A stretch of 64,000 nucleotides of DNA, taken from positions 35,439 to 99,438 of the forward strand of contig BEHN01000005.1 of the NCBI GenBank assembly GCA_002898535.1, in the 5' to 3' direction. The stretch comes from a bacterium HR11 (lineage in GTDB: Bacteria > Acidobacteriota > HRBIN11). Below are positions 45,451 through 53,125 of this stretch, one piece after another. The position numbers and the translations under genes were made by a program. Position 1 is the first letter of the stretch; the number at the start of each line of letters is the position of its first letter. The notes beneath the pieces were generated by a model. That model searched no databases, was not told the origin of the DNA, and was given only the letters and a program-made list of their open reading frames with translations.

Positions 45451-45878
45451 AGCCGACGTTCTTTCTCCAGGGCGTGGACCTCGGGCATCACGTCCAGGGA
45501 GCAGACGATGGAAGCGATGGCCCGATTTTTCATGTGCCGAGCCAGGGTCTGATAGTCCATCGTTTCACAATAGTTCCAGTAAACCATCAGCATCGGCAGG
45601 TTGACGCCCGTCAGGACGGCGATGGGGCCCTCCCCGAGAAAGCTGAGGCTGATATTCGACGGCGTCCCCCCGAACATGTCCGTCACGATGATGACCCCCG
45701 CCGGCGTCATGACCCGACGGATCGCATCCCGCACGGCTCGCTGAATCTCGCTGACCGGCGCTTGCCAGTGGACCGATACCAGCGCCACCTGGGGAATCTT
45801 GCGGCCCATGATCGTCTCGGCGGTCTCGACCAAGGCCTCGCCGAGGGCCCCATGGGTCACGACGACCAAACCGACCAT
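45447..45878 (-). CDS. PTS EIIA component, mannose family
   Basis: MVGLVVVTHGALGEAL N-terminus (phospho-His loop) and ...TDMFGGTPSN. Confidence 0.8.
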   Translation of the reverse strand: MVGLVVVTHGALGEALVETAETIMGRKIPQVALVSVHWQAPVSEIQRAVRDAIRRVMTPAGVIIVTDMFGGTPSNISLSFLGEGPIAVLTGVNLPMLMVYWNYCETMDYQTLARHMKNRAIASIVCSLDVMPEVHALEKERRL

Positions 45879-45965
45879 AGGGCGTCCTCCATCCTGCGCC
45901 GGGACGGGTTCCGACGCGCCCGAAGGGCCATACGACGGCCGTCGGAACCCCGCCCGGGCGTCTCG

Positions 45966-45974
45966 ATTATATCA
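45966..45974 (-). promoter_or_regulatory. extended -10 promoter (TGATATAAT) of the EIIA-HPr-EI-ABC operon
   Basis: Minus strand reads TG-A-TATAAT. The ~80-nt leader contains a perfect 10-bp stem GGTTCCGACG/CGTCGGAACC before the GGAGGA RBS. Confidence 0.5.
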
Positions 45975-46065
45975 TACCGCCAGCCGACGAGGAGCGAACG
46001 GTCCGGCGGTCCGGGGTCTATCTGCGTGACTCCGCTGGGACAGGAATGGGGCTCCGGGTCCCCCC

Positions 46066-47265
46066 TCAGGCCCACCCGACAGGCCAGGTCACCTCCTTCC
46101 AACTCAGCTGGCTCGGCGACTCGGCGACCCAGATGCCGCCCCGGGTCGTCTGCTTGGCCTTCAGGAGGGCCAGGTCCACGAGCTGGACCAACTCCTGGGG
46201 CTGTTGCGTAAGGCTCAGGAAGTGATCGCCCAGGACGCTTATCGTGCACTGCACGCTTTCCCGAAGGGGGCCCATACCGGATACGGTGATAGCCTGGATG
46301 GCATTCTGGAGTCGCTGGGCGACCTTCTGGGCGTCCGCCGTGGCCGCCCCGGGGAGCAAGACCAGGAATTCGTCACCCCCGTACCGAGCCGGTACGTCGC
46401 CTTCCCGCAGGACTTTCCGAATCGCCTGGGCGACCATCTGGAGGACCCGGTCCCCCACGAGGTGACCCATCGTATCGTTGATCTCCTTGAAGTGGTCCAG
46501 GTCCAACATGATGAGGCTGAAGGGCCGCTGATACCGGCGGTAGTGGGACATCTCTTCATGGAGGCGGCGGGCCAGGTAGGCCCGGGTATACAGGCCCGTC
46601 AGGCTGTCTCGCACGGCCTGCTCGTAAAGGAGGCGGTTCTTAAGCTCCAGCGTAAAGGCGTGGGCCAAGACCCGCAGGGCCTTCTCCGAGGCCCGCAGGG
46701 CGTCGGCATCCGGAAAGACGACCCACAGGATGCCCAGCAGGTCCGTACCGTATTGGAGGGGTAGTGTCAGCCGATGCGGGCCCGGCGGGATCGATTCCCA
46801 GAGGTCGCCAGGCATTTTTTCATTTCGGAGCGCTTCCAAGAGGGCCATCGCCGTCTCCCGGCCCGTGTACTGGACCTCGACGAGTCGGGCCTCGGCGTCG
46901 ATCCGGAGGCCTTCCACCCGCTCCTGATAGGCATCGTAGAAGAGCAGACCCAGGCCCTGCACCCGCATGGACTCACCCAGCAGGCGGCACAGGGAGGCCA
47001 ACCGCTCCTTCAAGGGCCGGTGACTGTACTCCGGCGTAGAAGCTTCCAAAAGGCCGTCGAGGGTCCGGGCGTACCATTCCAAAGATTGCCGAACCCGCCG
47101 GCCACGGGCCCGCATCCAGAGAAGCACCCCCAGGAGACCCAGGACCAGACTCCCCAGGAGGCCCACCAGGACCGGTCCGACCCAGCCGGGCCAGCCGAGC
47201 CCTGCCGGAGTCGGCCCGACGTCCATCCCAAGCCTTGTCAGCCCAAGACCTTCCGAGACACCCAT
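46066..47265 (-). CDS. membrane-anchored diguanylate cyclase (GGDEF) with GAF-like sensor region
   Basis: One TM helix (GWVGPVLVGLLGSLVLGLLGVLLW), then GGDEF core ...RYGGDEFLVLLPG. Start ATG 47265 (alternatives TTG 47301, ATG 47226). Confidence 0.8.
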   Translation of the reverse strand: MGVSEGLGLTRLGMDVGPTPAGLGWPGWVGPVLVGLLGSLVLGLLGVLLWMRARGRRVRQSLEWYARTLDGLLEASTPEYSHRPLKERLASLCRLLGESMRVQGLGLLFYDAYQERVEGLRIDAEARLVEVQYTGRETAMALLEALRNEKMPGDLWESIPPGPHRLTLPLQYGTDLLGILWVVFPDADALRASEKALRVLAHAFTLELKNRLLYEQAVRDSLTGLYTRAYLARRLHEEMSHYRRYQRPFSLIMLDLDHFKEINDTMGHLVGDRVLQMVAQAIRKVLREGDVPARYGGDEFLVLLPGAATADAQKVAQRLQNAIQAITVSGMGPLRESVQCTISVLGDHFLSLTQQPQELVQLVDLALLKAKQTTRGGIWVAESPSQLSWKEVTWPVGWA

Positions 47266-47441
47266 GACCCGACTCCGCTGACGAGCGTGAGCAGAGCGCA
47301 AAGAGCCTTTGCCCTCTGCCCTTTTTATAGGTCCGCTTCGGTCCGATTGATAGGGTGGCCCTTGAGATTTAGACTATATCTTGGCTTGGTCCGTTTTTCA
47401 AATCTCCTTGGATCCTGAAGTGGGTCGTATGCCTTCGTCGA

Positions 47442-47768
47442 GGGAGCCGTTCGGTCCGTGAGAATCCCGGTGGGATCGGCTTTTCCGACCCTTCGGGGAG
47501 ACGATTTTTTGAAGGAACGGAGTAACGAAGTGACCAGCAACGGTCTTGGGCCGATGGGCCGGTCGGGATCATCCTTCCATCGAACCAGTCTCATAAATCC
47601 GACGAGACCGGGATCGGACCCTCGATATCGGCCCCCAGACCACGGACCATGGACCCCTGGGCCCAAGCCGGTCTATGGTCCATCCCTCCGTCCCTTTGAA
47701 ACATCGTGCTTCCCGGGGGTGCTGGAAAGGGCCGTTGGGACGCCCTTCTCACGAACCGGACGGCTCTG
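47442..47768 (-). mobile_element. B-type MITE-like element, copy B2 (327 bp, inverted relative to B1)
   Basis: Termini GGGAGCCGTTCGG (47442-47454) and CCGGACGGCTCTG (47756-47768). The reverse complement aligns end to end with 7454-7796. Confidence 0.75.
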
Positions 47769-47802
47769 TCAAGGGCTAAACACGCAGTGAGGAGTTGACG
47801 GC

Positions 47803-49029
47803 ATGGGTCGGGGAAGGCACCGGGTCCTCAGGTGGACGGTCGTCGGTATCGTCCTTCTCGTCTTAATCGGCCTCTGGCAGGGGGCCCGCTCTCGGGGTCG
47901 GGCCCTCACGGTCGAGGTCGCCCCCTCGACGGTCCAGGACCTGCGGCAGGTCGTAGCGGCGTCGGGCAAGATCCGACCCTGGACGGAAGTCTCCGTCAGT
48001 AGCCAGATCAACGGTCGGGTCTGGCGGGTCGCCGTCCGGGAGGGCGACCGGGTCCAGAGAGGTCAGGTCCTCGTCGAGATCGACCCCGTCCCCCTACGCA
48101 CGCAGTTGGACAGCCTGCAGGCTTCTCTGCAGGCGGCCCGCCAGCAGGTCGAATCGGCCCGTCTGACCCTGGACCAGGTCCGGCGGAACTGGGACCGGGC
48201 CCGGGAGCTCTTCGGCCAGGGGCTGTTGACGAAGGAGGCCCTGGAGAAGGCCCAGACGGAGTGGGAAATCCGACAGCGGGAGTATGCCGTCGCTCAGCAA
48301 CGCTTGCGAGAGCTGGAGGCTCAGTTGGAGCGGCTCCGCCACGACTACGAGCAGGTCCGCATCACGTCCCCCATCGACGGTTGGGTCATCGGGACATACG
48401 TCGAGGAGGGCGAGACGGTCGTCGTGAGCATCGCCGGCATCGGGGGCGAGCGGCCCCTCGTGAAGGTCGCCGACCTGACCCGTTGGAAGGTCCGTCTGGA
48501 GGTCGATGAGAACGACATCGTCCAGGTGCGCGTCGGCCAGCCCGTCCGGGTCACCATCGACGCCCTGCCGGACCGGGAGTTCTGGGGCCACGTGACCCTC
48601 GTCGGGTACCAGCCCCTGAGCGAGACGACCACCCAGCAACTGGGTCAGACGGCTCGGGAGAACCTCTTTCCCGTCGAGGTCGAGCTTCGGGAGACCCTCC
48701 CCGAGGTCCGGCCCGGGTTCACGGTCCATGCCGAGATCGTGACGGCCGAGAAAAAGCAGGTCCTGAGCATCCCCATTCAGGCCCTCGTCCACCGACCGGC
48801 CCCCGGGGACAATCCCCATGGCCGCCGGGAGGCCGACGTCGCCGGCGTGTTCGTCCTGGAGGGCGACCGGGTCCGTTTCCGCCCCGTCGAGGTCGGCATC
48901 ATGGGGGAGTTTGACCTGGAAGTCCGGTCGGGCCTGCGGCCGGGGGAGCGGGTCGTCGTCGGGCCCTATCAAGTCTTACGGACGCTCAAGGACGGAGACC
49001 GTGTCCGAGTTCCATCCGAACGCCGATAG
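47803..49029 (+). CDS. HlyD/MacA-family periplasmic adaptor (membrane fusion protein)
   Basis: N-terminal TM helix, lipoyl-like ...GRVWRVAVREGDRVQRGQVLVEIDP, coiled-coil hairpin, beta-barrel domain. Confidence 0.85.
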   Translation: MGRGRHRVLRWTVVGIVLLVLIGLWQGARSRGRALTVEVAPSTVQDLRQVVAASGKIRPWTEVSVSSQINGRVWRVAVREGDRVQRGQVLVEIDPVPLRTQLDSLQASLQAARQQVESARLTLDQVRRNWDRARELFGQGLLTKEALEKAQTEWEIRQREYAVAQQRLRELEAQLERLRHDYEQVRITSPIDGWVIGTYVEEGETVVVSIAGIGGERPLVKVADLTRWKVRLEVDENDIVQVRVGQPVRVTIDALPDREFWGHVTLVGYQPLSETTTQQLGQTARENLFPVEVELRETLPEVRPGFTVHAEIVTAEKKQVLSIPIQALVHRPAPGDNPHGRREADVAGVFVLEGDRVRFRPVEVGIMGEFDLEVRSGLRPGERVVVGPYQVLRTLKDGDRVRVPSERR

Positions 49030-49753
49030 CCCCGGGTCGGCCGTCTCGCCGTCCGACGCCGAGCCCCTCATTCGTTTAGACGGCGTGGTCCGCATCTACG
49101 GGTCCGGCTCGGCCGACCAGGTCGTCGCCTTAGACGGGGTCGACTTGGTCATCCGGACCGGCGAGATGGTCGCCGTCATGGGGCCCTCGGGGTCGGGCAA
49201 GAGTACCCTGCTCCATATCATCGGGTGTCTGGACCGCCCGACGCGGGGGCGATACTTCCTGCGGGGCCGGCCCGTCGAGGACCTCGACGAAGACGAGCTG
49301 GCCCGCATCCGGAACCGGGAGGTCGGCTTCGTGTTCCAGGCGTTCCATCTTCTGCCCCGGGCGACGGCCCTGGAGAACGTCGAACTCCCCTTAGTGTATG
49401 CCCGGGTCCCGCCGGAGGAGCGTCGGCGGCGGGCGATGGAGGCCCTGGCGATGGTGAACCTGACCCATCGGGCCCGGCATCGGCCGTCGGAGCTGTCGGG
49501 CGGCGAGCGCCAGCGGGTCGCCATCGCCCGGGCCCTGGTCAACCGCCCCTCGGTCATCCTGGCCGACGAGCCGACGGGGAACCTGGATTCCCGTTCAAGT
49601 GACGAGGTCATGCGGATCTTGCAAGATCTCTGGCGGCAGGGGCAGACGATCGTCGTCGTGACCCACGAGCGGGACGTCGCCAAGTACTGCCAGCGGGTCG
49701 TCCTCATGCGGGACGGTCGGATCGTCGGGGACATCCCGGCGGGGGACCTGTGA
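49001..49753 (+). CDS. MacB/LolD/DevA-type ABC ATP-binding protein
   Basis: GPSGSGKSTLL, FVFQAFHLLP, LSGGERQRVAIARAL, LADEPTGNLD. GTG 49001 follows GGAGAC. The longer ORF from 48818 overlaps the adaptor gene and is rejected. Confidence 0.85.
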   Translation: MSEFHPNADSPGSAVSPSDAEPLIRLDGVVRIYGSGSADQVVALDGVDLVIRTGEMVAVMGPSGSGKSTLLHIIGCLDRPTRGRYFLRGRPVEDLDEDELARIRNREVGFVFQAFHLLPRATALENVELPLVYARVPPEERRRRAMEALAMVNLTHRARHRPSELSGGERQRVAIARALVNRPSVILADEPTGNLDSRSSDEVMRILQDLWRQGQTIVVVTHERDVAKYCQRVVLMRDGRIVGDIPAGDL

Positions 49754-49783
49754 GGGACCCAGGATATAGGGAGGCACGGAGGG

Positions 49784-50992
49784 ATGGGACGGGAAACGCT
49801 TCGCATCGCCCTGCGCGTCATCCGGCAGTATCCCTTGCGGACGGCCTTCATCGTCATCACGAATATGACGGCCGTCTTGGCCCTGATCGTCCTCGTCGTC
49901 GTCATGCAGAGCCTCCAGGCCAAGGTCCGGGAGCTCTTTTCCAGTCAGGGGGCCGACATCCTGTACCTGACCCGCCGGCCGCCCATCGTACGGGCGACGG
50001 ACCTCCGCAAGTACGAGAACTATCCGCCCATCTCGGCGGCCGAGGTCGAATTCCTGCGGCGGCAACTCCGGTGGGCCGAGGCCGTCGTCCCGGCGACCTA
50101 TGACCCGGTGGACGTCACGTTCCAGGGCCGCTCGGTCCGGGCGGCCGTCCAGGGTCGGTCGGCCGACTATCTGGCCGTCGAGAATCTCCCCCTCTACTTA
50201 GGCCGTCATTTCACGCCGGATGAGGACGCCCACCGACGCCGGGTCGTCGTCCTGGGGTGGGGCGTCTACCGGGAGCTCTTTCAGGGTCGGGATCCCCTTC
50301 GCCAGTGGGTCTGGATCGGCGGGCAGGCCTACCGGGTCGTCGGGGTCATCCGGGAGCGGGGGACCCTGTTGGGGAGCGACCTGGACACCGTCGTGTGGGT
50401 CCCCCTCCAGGCCTGGCGGGGGGTCCGACCGGACGTCGATTATGTCATCTTGCGACCCAAGCCGGGTCGGGAAAACGACCTCATGGAGGAAGTCCGCTTC
50501 TGGCTTCGGCTGAAGCGGCGGCTCCGGCCCTCGCAGGAGGACAATTTCGGCTTGATGACGACGGAGGGCTTTCTGGAAGTCCTGCGGAATGCCACGCAGG
50601 CGCTGTCCCTGGCCCTGATCGGGGTCGTGGGCCTGGGGGTCCTCGTCGGGGGGATCGTCCTGATGAACATCTTGTTGATGGCCGTCGCCGAGCGGACGCA
50701 GGAGATCGGCATCCGGAAGGCCGTCGGGGCGCATCCATCGGCCATCGCCGCCCAGTTCCTCTGGGAATCCGTCCTCTTGGCCTCGTTGGGCGGCCTCGCC
50801 GGCGTCGGGGTGGGTCTCGGGATATCGTATCTGGTCTCGAGCCTCCTGAGCCTGCCCTGGACGTTCCCCTTCTGGGTGGCGGGCCTGGGCCTGGCGCTGA
50901 CGGGCATCGCCGGCGTCCTGTTCGGTTACTACCCGGCCCGGCGGGCGGCCCGCCTGGACCCCGTTCAGGCGCTCCATTACGAGCACGGGTGA
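49784..50992 (+). CDS. ABC transporter permease, MacB-PCD/FtsX family (1 of 2)
   Basis: N-terminal TM helix, periplasmic domain, then C-terminal FtsX 3-TM module ...ERTQEIGIRKAVGA... Confidence 0.85.
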   Translation: MGRETLRIALRVIRQYPLRTAFIVITNMTAVLALIVLVVVMQSLQAKVRELFSSQGADILYLTRRPPIVRATDLRKYENYPPISAAEVEFLRRQLRWAEAVVPATYDPVDVTFQGRSVRAAVQGRSADYLAVENLPLYLGRHFTPDEDAHRRRVVVLGWGVYRELFQGRDPLRQWVWIGGQAYRVVGVIRERGTLLGSDLDTVVWVPLQAWRGVRPDVDYVILRPKPGRENDLMEEVRFWLRLKRRLRPSQEDNFGLMTTEGFLEVLRNATQALSLALIGVVGLGVLVGGIVLMNILLMAVAERTQEIGIRKAVGAHPSAIAAQFLWESVLLASLGGLAGVGVGLGISYLVSSLLSLPWTFPFWVAGLGLALTGIAGVLFGYYPARRAARLDPVQALHYEHG

Positions 50993-51050
50993 GGAGACTC
51001 GGCGTCGGGTCCTCCAGAAACCCGGCCCCTGAGACCTATCGGGAGACGGC

Positions 51051-52292
51051 GTGATGAACTGGCGAGATGCCCTGCGGATGGCGGTCGACCGGCTGTCGGC
51101 CCATCCCCTCCAGACGGCCCTGAGCCTGCTGGCCGTGGCCGTCGGCATCCTGGCCCTGGTCGGCGTCTCGGCCTTCGTCGAGGGCGTCGCCCGGGTCATC
51201 AACTCGGGGGCCAGCCTCTTTAGCCCTCGTTCGGTCCTGGTCCACCGCCTCAGCCCGGCGAAGGCCTTCAACGAAAAGTACTGGCTGGAAGTTCAACGGC
51301 GGCCTTACCTGACGCTTCGGGACGCGGCGGCCATCCAGCGGCACGCCAGCGCTGTGGAATCGACGGGCATTTATCTGGGCATCCAGCCCATACCCGTCAC
51401 GGTCATCGTCAGCTACGGGACTCAAAAGACGGCGCCCATGCTCCTCCGGGGCGTCGACGAGCGGATCTTGGAGCTCCTCCAGTTGAATCTGGCCGAGGGC
51501 CGGGCCTTTACGGCCGAGGAGGTCCGGGCGGGCCGCCGGGTCGTCCTCATCGGTCAGGTGACCAAGGCGGCCCTGTTTCCCGATACGTCGCCCCTGGGTC
51601 GGACGGTCCGACTGGACGGGATTCCCTTTCAGGTCGTGGGCGTCCTGGGTCGGCTCCCTCAGGTCTTGGATTTTAATCCCAACCAGTTTGTATTCATTCC
51701 ATACACCGTCTACCGGCGGTACTCGCCCCGGTGGGAAGAGTTCGCCGCCGTGGCGACCCTGGCCCGGTCCGAGCGGGTCGTCTGGACGGCCATCGACCAG
51801 ATCACGGCCATCATGCGGTGGCGGCACCGGCTCCGGCCGGACCAGCCGGACGACTTCGAGATCATCACCCAGCGGGCGTACCTGGAGTTCTGGCAGAACA
51901 TCGAGGCGGTCATCCGGTTGACGTCGTTTTTGATCTCGTCGGTTGCCCTGCTGGTCGGGGGGATCGGGATCACGGCCGTGATGGTCGTGGCCGTCACGGA
52001 GCGGACGCGGGAGATCGGCCTCCGGAAGGCCCTGGGGGCCCGGCCCCGGGACATCGCCGTCCAGTTTCTCCTGGAGACGCTGAGCCTGACGCTCCTGGGC
52101 GGCCTCCTGGGGATCGGCCTGAGCGTGGGGGTCATGCTCCTGATGCGGCAGGCCGGTTTACCGGTGGCCTTCACGCTCCAGCCCTTCGGGACCGGCGTCG
52201 TCATGGCCGTCCTGACGGGCGTGGCCGCCGGGATGTATCCGGCCGTCCGGGCCAGCCGGCTGGACCCCGTCGAGGCCCTCCGGTATGAATAG
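51051..52292 (+). CDS. ABC transporter permease, MacB-PCD/FtsX family (2 of 2)
   Basis: Same architecture, with ...ERTREIGLRKALGA... Start GTG 51051 or ATG 51054. Confidence 0.85.
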   Translation: MMNWRDALRMAVDRLSAHPLQTALSLLAVAVGILALVGVSAFVEGVARVINSGASLFSPRSVLVHRLSPAKAFNEKYWLEVQRRPYLTLRDAAAIQRHASAVESTGIYLGIQPIPVTVIVSYGTQKTAPMLLRGVDERILELLQLNLAEGRAFTAEEVRAGRRVVLIGQVTKAALFPDTSPLGRTVRLDGIPFQVVGVLGRLPQVLDFNPNQFVFIPYTVYRRYSPRWEEFAAVATLARSERVVWTAIDQITAIMRWRHRLRPDQPDDFEIITQRAYLEFWQNIEAVIRLTSFLISSVALLVGGIGITAVMVVAVTERTREIGLRKALGARPRDIAVQFLLETLSLTLLGGLLGIGLSVGVMLLMRQAGLPVAFTLQPFGTGVVMAVLTGVAAGMYPAVRASRLDPVEALRYE

Positions 52293-52497
52293 GCCCTTGA
52301 GTGCTGGGGCTCTGGGGTCGTCGAGCTGAACGCCGTCTGGCCGGGTCGGGTCTCTATGGTGAGGGGGTATCGACTTTGCTGGCGGCTTCCGATAAGCTAC
52401 GTCACGGGTCTGAGGTGCTGGGTGTTGGGTACAAGCCCGACACCGAATATCCAGCACCTCAGACCCAACACCGTACTTAGGCCCACTGGCAGATGAT

Positions 52498-53088
52498 ATG
52501 CCGAATGCTTCAGTCCGCCACCGTTTCGGTTGGCTGGCCGTCGTGGGCCTCGCCATGGGCGGGATGGCCGCTTATGGCTGGGTCCGGGTGATCGGACCGG
52601 TCGTCCGGCTTCCGACTCATCCATCGCCGGCGAGGTATACCCTGCCGTCGGACATCCGGCAGGCGGCTTGGTGGGACCTGGCCCTTCCGGAAGATCGGTC
52701 TGGACTCCAAGACGGGCCGGTCCGTCGGAATCTCTTCCTGTATTCGGCGGCCGGGGTCGGTAGTCCTCCCTTGCTGGCGGCTTCCAAGCCGTCCGACACG
52801 ATGCCGCCGGTCGTGACGGTCCGGGTCAATGAGACGCCCAAGCCGTCCAACCCACCGCCGCCGCCCTCCCCGCTGGAATCCATTCGCCTGATCGGTATGA
52901 TCCATGCGCAAAGTGGCGAACCGGTGTACGCCATTCTCACGAACGGGCGGGAGGTGTGGATCGTCCTGCCGGGTCAGACCTTCGGGCCCGGGGCCCGGGT
53001 CGTCCGCATTCAGCCGGACTTGGTCCTCTTAGAGACGATCGACGGGTCTCATCAGAAGACCCTTGCCTTCCCTCCGAAGTCCTCGTGA
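52498..53088 (+). CDS. PilP/GspC-like small inner-membrane-anchored protein (hypothetical)
   Basis: One TM helix (FGWLAVVGLAMGGMAAYGWV), a Pro-rich linker, then a C-terminal beta domain IRLIGMI...AILTNGREVWIVLPGQTFGPGARVVRIQPDLVLLE that resembles PilP/GspC HR domains. Lies directly upstream of the secretin. Confidence 0.5.
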   Translation: MPNASVRHRFGWLAVVGLAMGGMAAYGWVRVIGPVVRLPTHPSPARYTLPSDIRQAAWWDLALPEDRSGLQDGPVRRNLFLYSAAGVGSPPLLAASKPSDTMPPVVTVRVNETPKPSNPPPPPSPLESIRLIGMIHAQSGEPVYAILTNGREVWIVLPGQTFGPGARVVRIQPDLVLLETIDGSHQKTLAFPPKSS

Positions 53089-53125
53089 CCGGGCATACGG
53101 ATTCCCCCAAGGGGAGCGAAACGGC

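Noticed and set aside
48818-49000. Upstream 61 codons of the MacB-type ATPase ORF.
   Set aside because: They overlap the adaptor gene in another frame. GTG 49001 with a GGAGAC RBS gives a normal-length ATPase.
52293-52497. The 14-bp perfect hairpin GTCTGAGGTGCTGG/CCAGCACCTCAGAC as a Rho-independent terminator between the pump and secretin genes.
   Set aside because: No T-tract follows it. It resembles the k-mer-arm hairpins of the repeat family (GTGCTGG words), so its terminator function is unsupported.
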